This document shows, piece by piece, positions 38,245 through 47,499 of a DNA stretch of 64,000 bases. The notes beneath the pieces are model-generated. The model had not been told where the DNA came from and searched no databases. It saw nothing but the letters and a program-made list of their open reading frames with translations. Made by a program: the position numbers and the translations under genes. Position 1 is the stretch's first letter. Each line of letters opens with the position of its first letter. Origin of the DNA: an uncultured Bacteroidales bacterium (lineage in GTDB: Bacteria > Bacteroidota > Bacteroidia > Bacteroidales > UBA10428); NCBI GenBank assembly GCA_964634105.1, contig CAZWIU010000001.1:16949-80948 (forward strand), read 5' to 3'.

Positions 38245-38490
38245 CACTATTGTCCGGTTAAATTCAATGTTTTTTATATTTCGCACCTACGGCACTTTTA
38301 AGCTAATTATAATTGCCTCTTCTATTATATTTAGTACCTACGGTACTTTCCTTTAGCCTGGTCAGAGGCTAATTATCTGTAGAAAAAGTCACATGCGAAA
38401 GTTTGAGCCCCGTAGGTGGCGATATATCCTTATTCTCTTTAAATTCATCGGTTTTGAAATTTTAAAAAATATTTTAATCGGACAGTAGTG
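38245..38490 (+). mobile_element. MITE-like non-autonomous element, copy 2 (246 bp)
   Basis: 19-nt terminal inverted repeats cactattgtccggttaaat (38245-38263) and the reverse complement of 38472-38490 (cactactgtccgattaaaa) match at 16/19. It is flanked by a perfect 9-bp direct repeat attaattat (38236-38244 and 38491-38499). Confidence 0.7.
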
Positions 38491-38600
38491 ATTAATTATT
38501 GCCAATTCTGCTTCTGAATAAAACTCCGGGACTCTACTGGCCGGATATAATGCTGGCAATGCCAACCAATCATATAGGGTCGTATGCTTGGCAAAAGGCA

Positions 38601-39042
38601 TTAATATTTTTCTAAACTAATAAAGACATTATCCAAATGATCGAAATCATTATCATGAGTTATTAGTTTCGCTTTTGTCAAGGATGCAGTGGAAGCTATC
38701 CACAAATCATTCTTTCCCATATTTCTTGATGTCACTCCTATTGGGAGCGGTTTTTGAGTTAATTTTCCCTGACTATATGCATCTATTTCAGCGTATCTCT
38801 GAAGTATGTCATTACTTTCAATTGGGATAATAAGAAATTGTTTGAACAATTTGTTTAAATCCTTTATTTTTTTTCTCTCCCCAATGATTTTTTAACGTGA
38901 GAGAGAGCAATTCAGCCTTTGTAACAATTGATATCAATAAAAAAGGATAGTTTTGCGAATCAATGATCTTAATGATATGTTGTGCTTTATCAGAATCTTT
39001 TAATAAATGTAACAAAGCACAAGAATCAAGAATGATATTCAT
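38601..39042 (-). pseudogene. PIN-domain (VapC-like) toxin gene interrupted by a frameshift in an A8 run
   Basis: The N-terminal ORF (38818-39042, MNIILDSCALLHLL...) and the C-terminal ORF (38601-38849, ...NDLWIASTA...LITHDNDFDHL) are the two halves of one PIN domain. Removing one A from the A8 run (plus-strand T8 at 38867-38874) joins them as ...HWGEKKIKDLNKLFKQFLIIPIE... Confidence 0.75.
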
Positions 39043-39980
39043 TTTTTAACGGATTCCAATAATTCTTCAATACTTTCGTCACCAGGCCATTTACCTAATA
39101 ATCTCCTGATTTCAGTTCCAACATAATTCTGCTTACTTGCTAATTGTTTTATGTCAATAGCTTCTTTAATCGCTTCAGGAACAGTTTTAAAAAAGACATC
39201 TTCATCTGACGATAAACTGAATGAATGTATCTCAATTGATTTAGCCTGATTTGAAGGTTTATAATTTATTAGGCCAAGCACAGTAATTTCTCTTCCGAAA
39301 AATTTTATTATTTCGTCAAACCTGATCGTATCAGCAAGGTAAGCACGAATCCTTTTGTTATTAACCAATAGTTCCAACTGTGCGTTACTATGTTTAATTA
39401 CATCCAAAATTCCTGTAACTCTTGCTTTTACTGGAGAGGGAGTCTTCAACTCAATGTTTTTTATTTTTTCGATATATTCCTTCTTAATAATTGAAGCCTT
39501 CTGGTTAGTCAGATTTGTAATTATTATTTGTGCTTCACTACTACTCAAGAACTTATTAAAATTAGACATTTCCGCCAAGAGGTTTTTATCAAGCAAATAG
39601 GAGTCATACTTTTCATTAATAGCCTGTTCATAAGCATACATCGAAAAACCTAAAGCTGAATTATTATTAAGCTCTTCAGGTTGAATATTCTCGAAAAGCA
39701 ATTGCGGAACCCCATCAATTGTATCACTAAGTTTTGGGGCCTCTAAATTGAGAATAGTCGAACCTTCCTTAATACCAGTTAATTGAAAATCTAATGAACG
39801 TATTAACCATTCAGGATTTTTACCTCTTTTTTTAGTGCTTTTACCTTCAAAGAAGGATAGCATGGTACTTTCAGCTAAGGAAACTATATGCTTACTTAAG
39901 CTCTCAAGCAAGGATAAGGTAATTTTGCCATTCTCAAGATTAAATCCCTGAAGAGTGATTGTATGTTTTATTTTTTCCAA
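39039..39980 (-). CDS. 313-aa hypothetical protein translationally coupled to the PIN gene (candidate large antitoxin/partner)
   Basis: Its stop overlaps the PIN start (ATGA, 39039-39042). The C-terminal tail LLGKWPGDESIEELLESVKK resembles short antitoxin tails. I do not recognise the roughly 280-aa N-terminal region. Confidence 0.5.
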   Translation of the reverse strand: MEKIKHTITLQGFNLENGKITLSLLESLSKHIVSLAESTMLSFFEGKSTKKRGKNPEWLIRSLDFQLTGIKEGSTILNLEAPKLSDTIDGVPQLLFENIQPEELNNNSALGFSMYAYEQAINEKYDSYLLDKNLLAEMSNFNKFLSSSEAQIIITNLTNQKASIIKKEYIEKIKNIELKTPSPVKARVTGILDVIKHSNAQLELLVNNKRIRAYLADTIRFDEIIKFFGREITVLGLINYKPSNQAKSIEIHSFSLSSDEDVFFKTVPEAIKEAIDIKQLASKQNYVGTEIRRLLGKWPGDESIEELLESVKK

Positions 39981-40022
39981 GATTTTTATTTCAAATTTAG
40001 TTAATTATTCGATAGGAATTCA

Positions 40023-42218
40023 TCACCTTGTGTCTATCTTCCGTATATAAGCATCCCGATAGCCTTTGGCAATAATACTATCAAGTTCCTTCTGCGCCAG
40101 GGTCAGATTACAAAACTCCCCGGTTGTATAACGGTATATACCGTCTTCTCCCAGCGTAACCTTTACATCGGCAAGCGTTTTAAAACTGCCGGGATCAACC
40201 GCATTCCGACCGGCCAAGACCTGAATTGTATATACCGGAGAAATGCTGTTTGCTTCTTTATTCAGATATTGATCAAGATCGTAAACACGAATAAATGCCT
40301 GCGGATATTTCAAACGGGCTATTTCATCGCGGACTTTTCCGGCTTCGGCCGGTGTATTAAAGACACCGGATATATAACGATAATACCCATCGGTTCCTTT
40401 TTGTATCTCGACCTGATATTTCCCAAGAATTGTATTAAGTTCAACATTTTTGACAGACGCCATAAACTGCACCGTGTATGCTCCCGGACTATCAGCTGCG
40501 GTTGACTTATATCGTTCATTTAAAACCGGTTTGTCTGCAGCCTTATCTTCTCGTGTGATTACTTCTTTTTTATCCCGGACATCAGTATTATAGGCTATGT
40601 CGGTTTCAGAAACCACGTTATTTTTTAATTCCTGCTGAGGCGGAGGCACAACTTCAGCAACCGGTTGTTCCCTCTCCAAAAAAGCATTAATAGTCATAAT
40701 ATCGCCGGGATATTCCTGAGGCAGTTCTATCTGCTGAGTATAACTTTTATAATCTGGTTTTGTGCAGATCAAAGTGTATGAACCTGAAGGAACAACAACC
40801 GAATATTCGCCCGAATATATTCCTGGTTTTACGCTTTTAATAGTTGTATATGTATTGGCATCGACCACGTCAACAGTAATATCATCATAACCGGCTCCAT
40901 CAGTAAGCGTAATAAAACCGGATATCGTGAAATTACGTGTTGGCCTTTCGGGGAGAATTTCAACCTTGTACAGATCATTTTTTCTTTTATTGCCTGGGTC
41001 TTCAAAGGTCATATAAGTATATGCCCCATTCTTTACAGGCATAAGATAAATATCATCATCGGGAGTATTAACAGGATAGCCTGCGTTCACCGGCTCACTC
41101 CACTTATTGTCCCCGATCTGCTTTGAAACAAAAAGGTCATAACCTCCCATATTTTCATGTCCCTCCGACTTAAAGAACAGTGAATTATTGTCAAAACTTA
41201 TCACAGGCATCAGTTCATTCAAGGGTGTGTTGACCGCAGGCCCAAGATTTTCAGGTTTGCCCCAACCTTTTTCACCAATTTTTTCTGCCCGGTAAAGGTC
41301 CATATTCCCTTCCCCTCCCTTTCTGTCGCTCGAAAAATAGAGGTAACGTCCGTCGGATGATTCGCTGGCATGTGAATCCCAGGCACTGCCATTAACAGGT
41401 TTATCGAGCTTAACCATCTTTTGCCATTTGCCATTCACATTAAGCGAAAAATATATGTCGGTGCTGGTTCCTGTATTAACGGTCAGATAGAGTCGTTCGT
41501 TATCGTATGAAACCGATGAAGGATAACATTCATCCTTGCTACCCAGAAGCGTTGTTATGTTCACTGCTTCGCCCCAGGTATCGCCAGTTTTCTGTGAATA
41601 GTAGATATCTTTCCTGCCGTATTCTTCTTCTACTGTAAAAAAGAGCATTGTTTCATCGTTGTTGACAACCGGGTAGGTTACTGACCAGTTTTTAAGGCTG
41701 GCGCCCAGTTCCGTTTTTTGCAGATAGACCGGAGAACCCTCCAGACGCCGGACAGTATAACACGATTCAAGAAGGTTTTCTGCAATAGCTAATTCCTCCT
41801 TCTCTTTTGGATCGAGCAACGATTTATATTGATTTAATGCATTTATCGCTTCCGGTAAATTATCATTCAATTTGCATGAAAGACCATAATATTTGAGAGC
41901 TTCAAGCGGGGCATTTGTTTCCTGCGGATTGCCATACTCGTATTCCGGGGTTGCTTTCGGAACCGACTTTTTCAGGAAATAAAGTGACTCTTTCTTCTGG
42001 CCTGGCAGGTTAATAAGGCACAAGCCATTCAGAAAATTGAGGTTAGCATTTTCAGGATCCGATTGTAATAATCGTTCAAAGATCTTCTGTGCCCGCTCAT
42101 AGTCATGCGAAACAAGTGCAATATCGGCTTCAAAGAAATCGTTCCGGCTGAACTTCTGTCCCATGATTGATAGTGAACAAACCACGAAGACACCTGTAAC
42201 AAGAATATATTTTCTCAT
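40023..42218 (-). CDS. periplasmic TPR / PD40 (TolB-like beta-propeller) / carboxypeptidase-regulatory-like protein with two C-terminal SPOR domains
   Basis: 731 aa. Signal peptide, TPR repeats, repeated ...P.NT...E..P..S.D...L.F.S.R.GG.G..D(L/I)Y motifs, and two SPOR-like repeats (YTVQFMAS..., YTIQVLAG...). Confidence 0.75.
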   Translation of the reverse strand: MRKYILVTGVFVVCSLSIMGQKFSRNDFFEADIALVSHDYERAQKIFERLLQSDPENANLNFLNGLCLINLPGQKKESLYFLKKSVPKATPEYEYGNPQETNAPLEALKYYGLSCKLNDNLPEAINALNQYKSLLDPKEKEELAIAENLLESCYTVRRLEGSPVYLQKTELGASLKNWSVTYPVVNNDETMLFFTVEEEYGRKDIYYSQKTGDTWGEAVNITTLLGSKDECYPSSVSYDNERLYLTVNTGTSTDIYFSLNVNGKWQKMVKLDKPVNGSAWDSHASESSDGRYLYFSSDRKGGEGNMDLYRAEKIGEKGWGKPENLGPAVNTPLNELMPVISFDNNSLFFKSEGHENMGGYDLFVSKQIGDNKWSEPVNAGYPVNTPDDDIYLMPVKNGAYTYMTFEDPGNKRKNDLYKVEILPERPTRNFTISGFITLTDGAGYDDITVDVVDANTYTTIKSVKPGIYSGEYSVVVPSGSYTLICTKPDYKSYTQQIELPQEYPGDIMTINAFLEREQPVAEVVPPPQQELKNNVVSETDIAYNTDVRDKKEVITREDKAADKPVLNERYKSTAADSPGAYTVQFMASVKNVELNTILGKYQVEIQKGTDGYYRYISGVFNTPAEAGKVRDEIARLKYPQAFIRVYDLDQYLNKEANSISPVYTIQVLAGRNAVDPGSFKTLADVKVTLGEDGIYRYTTGEFCNLTLAQKELDSIIAKGYRDAYIRKIDTR

Positions 42219-42658
42219 CTTTACTTGGTTGGTACCAACTTAAGGAACCCGATAAAATATACTTAAGTATTTCCGTAAAAAAAAAATAAGTTATGAATAA
42301 CCATGCATGGGATGGATGGTTTGAACATTTTATTCAGCATAATAATCTTTTAACTCATCCGGCACACGACGATTTGTAATTTCTTCCTGTAAAAATAGCT
42401 GTAACAAGGGTTATCATATCAGCATTTATGAGGCTTTCTGCAGGTTATTAATATTGATTGCCGTCAACAGTAACAATACCCTATGTACACCTATTCCATT
42501 AACCAGGTGATCTTGGTCATTCTGGCAGATGACTGCAAACACCAACAGATAGTAAGGAAAATTATTAACACGATATAATGCATCTCATATCCATTTCTGT
42601 GCCGTCCAGATATCGATTTCGTAAATATAATCAGATGAAAGATCGATACTTAGAAAGA

Positions 42659-43252
42659 ATGAAAACGACAGTTACGATAGCATTAATCCTGACAAGTACC
42701 TTGGTATACGGTCAGAATTATTCGGAAGACGAAATCCCCCGGAGCTTTGGTGCAGGAATGTCGTTAGTTACATCCGGCAGTGGTCAGGGAGAAGGGATCA
42801 GCATAACCGGTTCAGTTGTTAAAGGAAGAAAGTCGCTTGAAGTAGGTGTAATATTAAACGACAGAGATTTCAGAATAAGCGGAGGAGACTTCAGATATCG
42901 TATACTTTTGAGAAGTAAAACCCGTATGGATGATAATAACCGTCTGTTTACACCCTATATACAATACAATTTAATGTATCAGAAAAGCATGAGCTATGCA
43001 CCCCAGCCCGTTGAACTTGGCGGTGAAGAATATCTGATTGATGATCCCGGTATGGTGGCAACAATTGGTCACTATCTGGGATATGGCAGTAAGATCAGGG
43101 TTTTTCAGAAACTTTGCATAGATGCTTCCGCCGGATTCGGTTTATATAATGGTTCCCTTGATAAAGTAAACGGCCCAGGCACATGGGGAATTCACTATGC
43201 CAATTATGGTTACACGTATGCTGCCAAAATAGGCGTTAGTTATACATTTTAG
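42659..43252 (+). CDS. small outer-membrane beta-barrel-like protein
   Basis: Signal peptide MKTTVTIALILTSTLVYGQ, alternating Gly/aromatic-rich strands, and a C-terminal ...GVSYTF. I chose the start at 42659; the tracked ORF begins at 42578. Confidence 0.5.
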   Translation: MKTTVTIALILTSTLVYGQNYSEDEIPRSFGAGMSLVTSGSGQGEGISITGSVVKGRKSLEVGVILNDRDFRISGGDFRYRILLRSKTRMDDNNRLFTPYIQYNLMYQKSMSYAPQPVELGGEEYLIDDPGMVATIGHYLGYGSKIRVFQKLCIDASAGFGLYNGSLDKVNGPGTWGIHYANYGYTYAAKIGVSYTF

Positions 43253-43286
43253 CAGAAAGAAGAGACTGGCGAATAACCAGGAATTG

Positions 43287-43334
43287 CATAATTGGAAGTT
43301 TGTAATTGTTGAAGTGTTTAATTGTTCAAGTGTT
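43287..43334. repeat. three tandem copies of a 16-bp unit
   Basis: agtttgtaattgttga / agtgtttaattgttca / agtgtttaattgttga, read directly from the sequence. It lies between convergent genes. Confidence 0.85.
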
Positions 43335-43420
43335 TAATTGTTGAATTGATTAATCGGAGTGATGAACTGACAGGTCAGATCGGTGCGCTTTTCTTCCTGC
43401 TTCAAAATTTTTCCTCATAA

Positions 43421-44287
43421 TCAGCGATGTGATCCGGATTCTTTCAGTGCATATTCACGAATACTGCGATTTTCATTTAGAGTTGCTTTAGCAAGGAGGG
43501 ATTCAGGCAATATATCAAACAATGACTTTAGTAATTCTCCGGATGTTATATCTGCCGGGAGAAAACTATAATCGGAAGTTATATAGGGCAACGCTGATTT
43601 CCATTCTTCAGCAATAGTGAGGCCTGTCTTATTGAAAATCATTTTAATTGCGAACACTTCACCATGTTTAATCCCCGTAACCCCACTTCCCGGTGTATTC
43701 GCATAATGATAGGTTTCACTTATATCCTGGTAAAACATTTGAATAGAATCAATATCACCGACAAACTCTCTGATTTCAGGCTCATTAAGAAATTGTATTG
43801 CGGGCAAAAGTGAATCAACGATCCGGTTTCGCTCAGAATAACCATTTGGAATTACCTCAATTGCATTTCTGATTCTTATTGCAATATTCAGATCTCTGTC
43901 AGGTTCTGCCGGGTAGAAAAAAGTTCTCTTAATATTATTCAGCGCCTCACCGCTTACAACAATATCTTTATCATAAAGGGCAAGCCTTGCCAGAAATGTC
44001 TGATCGGTTATTTTTTCTACCGCATATCTTTTGAAATAAGAATCTTCATGCTCGAGGGCAAGTTTCTTAAGCCGATATTGACTTAATCTATCCATAGCAA
44101 GCACATTAATATCGTTATATTTTGCTTGTAACGCTACCTGTAAAATCATAGTCGAATCTTCTATTTTCTTTAATGCCCTGATGGCTTTACCACGCGATTT
44201 TGTGTTAATGGCAATTTCTTTATGGTCACGATTGCAACTGCTTAAAATGAAGGCAGTACTGACGATTAATAGAAGGATATGTTTCAT
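43421..44287 (-). CDS. hypothetical lipoprotein
   Basis: 288 aa with the lipobox-like N-terminus MKHILLLIVSTAFILSSC. I recognise no family. Confidence 0.55.
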   Translation of the reverse strand: MKHILLLIVSTAFILSSCNRDHKEIAINTKSRGKAIRALKKIEDSTMILQVALQAKYNDINVLAMDRLSQYRLKKLALEHEDSYFKRYAVEKITDQTFLARLALYDKDIVVSGEALNNIKRTFFYPAEPDRDLNIAIRIRNAIEVIPNGYSERNRIVDSLLPAIQFLNEPEIREFVGDIDSIQMFYQDISETYHYANTPGSGVTGIKHGEVFAIKMIFNKTGLTIAEEWKSALPYITSDYSFLPADITSGELLKSLFDILPESLLAKATLNENRSIREYALKESGSHR

Positions 44288-44653
44288 GATAATATAGCTT
44301 AAAGGTATTTAGTCAACAGGAATATAAAAAATATGGGCAACAATCAGATCTATACCAGAAAAAAACAGATCAAAATTTTATCCTAATATAAACATCTGCA
44401 TTGAGCAGACAAAATTTTTTGCAGACACGGACAGAAATAAAAGGACTTAACCACTATGAACCTATCGGTTTGCGCTCCCAAAGCTTCGGGAGAACAGTTG
44501 CCGGGAACAGGGCTGCGTTCTAGTCTACCGTGACCGTTGATTAATAAAAAGTTATAAGTTTTGCATTTGAGCGTGCCGCAGCCCTGCCTGCCGGCCGGGT
44601 ATAGCGAAGGCAACGCCCGGCAATTGCTTGTAGCGTTTGTCAGGTTTAGTTGG

Positions 44654-44953
44654 TTATAAAAGAATATTTTTCCTAAGTAATCGGGCTGAGTGATATATTC
44701 TTAAAACATCAATCTGATAATCGTTTTTCACCCGATAAATTATTCGATAATTTCCTTCAATTAATTCTCGTACAAGTTTATCATCAAATTCAGGTACAAT
44801 TCGCCCCGAAAACGGACTCTCTATTAATATTTGTACTCGTTGATATATTTTAGAAGTGGTTAGAAAAGCATAACGAAACGAATCTTCAGATATATAGTCG
44901 TAAACTTCCTTGAGGTCGGAAATCGATAACTCAGTCCAAACTATTTTGACCAT
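44654..44953 (-). CDS. RelE/ParE-family type II toxin
   Basis: 99 aa. W...A..DL.E...YI.......A......I...I..L...P..GR.VPE......RE...G.YRIIYR......I.VLRI.H is the ParE/RelE pattern. Confidence 0.8.
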   Translation of the reverse strand: MVKIVWTELSISDLKEVYDYISEDSFRYAFLTTSKIYQRVQILIESPFSGRIVPEFDDKLVRELIEGNYRIIYRVKNDYQIDVLRIYHSARLLRKNILL

Positions 44954-45123
44954 TTATCAATCATTAATTTTACATCCTCATTTGAAATGACTTTGCCTGT
45001 ATCGGATTGTTTAATCCCTTCCTCAACCTTTTCGATAAATATCAACTGATCAATCAACTCGTCAATTGTAAATGAATCGGGTAGGTTATTGATTGATTTG
45101 TTTACTTTATCTTTTGTCAACAT
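44941..45123 (-). CDS. cognate small antitoxin (addiction-module component)
   Basis: About 60 aa (MLTKDKVNKSINNLPDSFTIDELIDQLIFIEKVEEGIKQSD.GKVISNEDVK..IDKW). It overlaps the toxin start by 13 nt. I preferred the ATG at 45123 over the tracked TTG at 45150. Confidence 0.6.
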   Translation of the reverse strand: MLTKDKVNKSINNLPDSFTIDELIDQLIFIEKVEEGIKQSDTGKVISNEDVKLMIDKWSK

Positions 45124-45692
45124 AGCTTTATTTTTTAATAAAGATATCAAATTTCTAGGTTAAAATCTTAAAAACAGAATAATGTCCAATTAAGCCTAAC
45201 GATAAAATTAAGTATTCATGGCCTGTCAGACAACATATAAACCCGTCCGACGAAGATTATTGCCAGAAAAACAGATAATAAACCCGACCGGGAATAAATA
45301 ATATCAAAAATAAGGGCCAGGAACCCCTTCCGAGAGAAAATAATAGAAAAAAAAGGGAGAAGACCCTCAAAAAATAATACCCGAGCCTTCCCCACAACAT
45401 TCAAAACATGAATATTCAGTATAAGGAAACTAAAAGAACATGATATTTTATTGTTTCCTGTTGTACAGACTGCAAGTTTTTCGGGGAAACAAAGTTGGCA
45501 GGCTGTTTTTCAGGAGGAAGTATTGTCGGACGGCCTTTCTCCTTGTCGGGACTGCATTAATAATTGTTATATCGCCGGGATATTGGCATCGAATGATAAA
45601 TTGATACAAATTACAGCCAGAAGAGATTAACAAGAGCCTGTTTACTCTTCTATTAATTTTCACTTCATGCTATTCGTAAAAACTGAGTCTTA

Positions 45693-45731
45693 TTAAAAAA
45701 AATCCCGATCAACGTGAAGCTGTCGGGATTA
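45693..45731 (-). terminator. rho-independent terminator downstream of 45764-46513
   Basis: Stem atcccga (45702-45708) / tcgggat (45723-45729). The plus-strand A8 run gives a U8 run on the minus-strand transcript. Confidence 0.7.
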
Positions 45732-45763
45732 ACAATAATGCACCAGGAATCAGATCCGGGCAT

Positions 45764-46513
45764 CTATGCCGCGTTTAGTGTGGCATCAGGTTTTTCCGTT
45801 TTAGATTTTTTATACCGCATTCGAAGGTATTCGCTCCGATAGCCTTTTTGCCTTGACTCGTTTGAGGCGAATGCATACTTACCGCAGGCCCTTATCTCAT
45901 CCACAGCCTGTTTCAGATATGTATATGCCCTGTCGCGTATAGCTTTGTTCTGTGAATAATTACCCTTTTCTCCTTTAGCAGCCGCAAGCATTTCCGCCAT
46001 TTGGGAAGATGTCTGTGCGGCAAGCTCAAGATTTGAAATATCAAACTTAATGGCTTCCAGCAGGGTTGTGTTGCCCTTACCTAATACGGCCAGGTCGTTG
46101 AGGTCCTGTATCATGTCCTCGCGGGTGTTACCCCGTGCAATAGCACTAACTTTCTCAAGCAGACTTCTATCCTTTCTGAATGCATACCGGAAAGCATTCA
46201 TTAAATAATCGCGAAGTCTGAATGCCTCAGGAGATTTTCGCAACCATTCATGTTGAGCTTCCTCTCGCGATTTATATTCTCTTGACCAAACCGATTGTGC
46301 CTCACGACACACTGCTGCTCTTTCGGTTATACTTTCAACAAGGGTCCAGTCAAGGCCATGCGCAATAAGTACGTCCTTATCCACTTCGGCCCACTTTTTC
46401 AAATCCTCTGCTTCCTGCACAAAAACAGACACAGGAATTGAAGGAGTTAGCACATTGTTTTCCTGAATTGCTGCTAAAGCAGCGTTCACTGATTCAAATT
46501 TGTTTGTCGTCAT
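45764..46513 (-). CDS. hypothetical helical protein
   Basis: About 249 aa from MTTNKFESV... (ATG at 46513). Clear terminator downstream and a repeat array upstream. I recognise no family. Confidence 0.5.
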   Translation of the reverse strand: MTTNKFESVNAALAAIQENNVLTPSIPVSVFVQEAEDLKKWAEVDKDVLIAHGLDWTLVESITERAAVCREAQSVWSREYKSREEAQHEWLRKSPEAFRLRDYLMNAFRYAFRKDRSLLEKVSAIARGNTREDMIQDLNDLAVLGKGNTTLLEAIKFDISNLELAAQTSSQMAEMLAAAKGEKGNYSQNKAIRDRAYTYLKQAVDEIRACGKYAFASNESRQKGYRSEYLRMRYKKSKTEKPDATLNAA

Positions 46514-46654
46514 AATAATTAAATTTAAGTTATACATAAAATTTATGGAAGACATATAAAATGCCTTGTTACGGCGAACATATCCCCCTTTTTTTAACAG
46601 GGTATGATATCCGGAAGTGAAAATAGAAAGGAAAAATAAAAGCAGAAAACGGAT

Positions 46655-46807
46655 TTTCGCAACGATTTTGCAACGTGTTGCAATTATTGCAATTTTCAGA
46701 GTAATTTCATTAACTCAGTTCACTTTTTTTGCGTTTTTTGCAACAGGTATACTGTAAATTTGCGATTACTGCAAATAATTTTTGCTCTAGTTGCGAAAAA
46801 TGCAACA
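46655..46807. promoter_or_regulatory. iteron-like array of T-run + GCAA/GCGA motifs (TTTTGCAAC-like)
   Basis: Eleven motif copies in 153 bp. Seven have a GCAA core, and four of those form the palindromic hexamer TTGCAA. The other four are GCGA/GCGT/GCTC variants. The array lies 142-294 bp upstream of the 46513 start. Confidence 0.55.
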
Positions 46808-47499
46808 TTTTTTTGATGGTTGAAAGGCATTGTTTAGTAAAAGTGGCCTTATTTATCTTCCGTGTAATTTGTTTTTCCTGTCTATAATCTGTATTTCTTT
46901 TAATCGAAAAGTAAATCCATTTAGCTCAATTATTAGATCTAACCCGATATATGTAAAATAAGCCAAATAACGAAGTCAGATCATTGTCATCTGCATTTAT
47001 GTCCATACAACCATGTGCCATTAATACATATTTCCGGAGACAAGTTTCAGCTATAGTCATTGGTTTCCTCAACATGTTTGCAATTATCCTGAGACCTGAA
47101 CCAGTTGCAATGTTGTTTTATCTGGCCGCATTAGTGAATATTTCATTTAACGAATTATATAGGTGTAAATGGCGTTTACCCTTGGGCAAGACCCAAGACC
47201 CTAAAAAGAATTTTACCCTGTGCCAAGAGCATCCCGACTAGCTTCCCTGCCCGCCAAGGCCCGGCAGGCGGGGCTGTCGGGATTCCCACCTGCCGGATGG
47301 GCAGGAATTCGACTTACCCCCGATGACTATCGGGGTCATATCATGATATTCATGAAAATTGAGTCTCATTAATAAATATATATCCTCTGGTGGCGATATA
47401 CTAAATAAAAGCCGATATGCGTCCTTCAAGCCATTTTTATTCTTCCTCAAGCGACAGTTAGTTGGCTATGATGGTAAACGCATAAAAAAGGTATACAGA

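Noticed and set aside
45241-45540. Inverted 9-mer ccgtccgac / gtcggacgg about 280 bp apart, as a possible second MITE.
   Set aside because: Only a 9-10-bp match, with no flanking direct repeat and no second copy found by eye.
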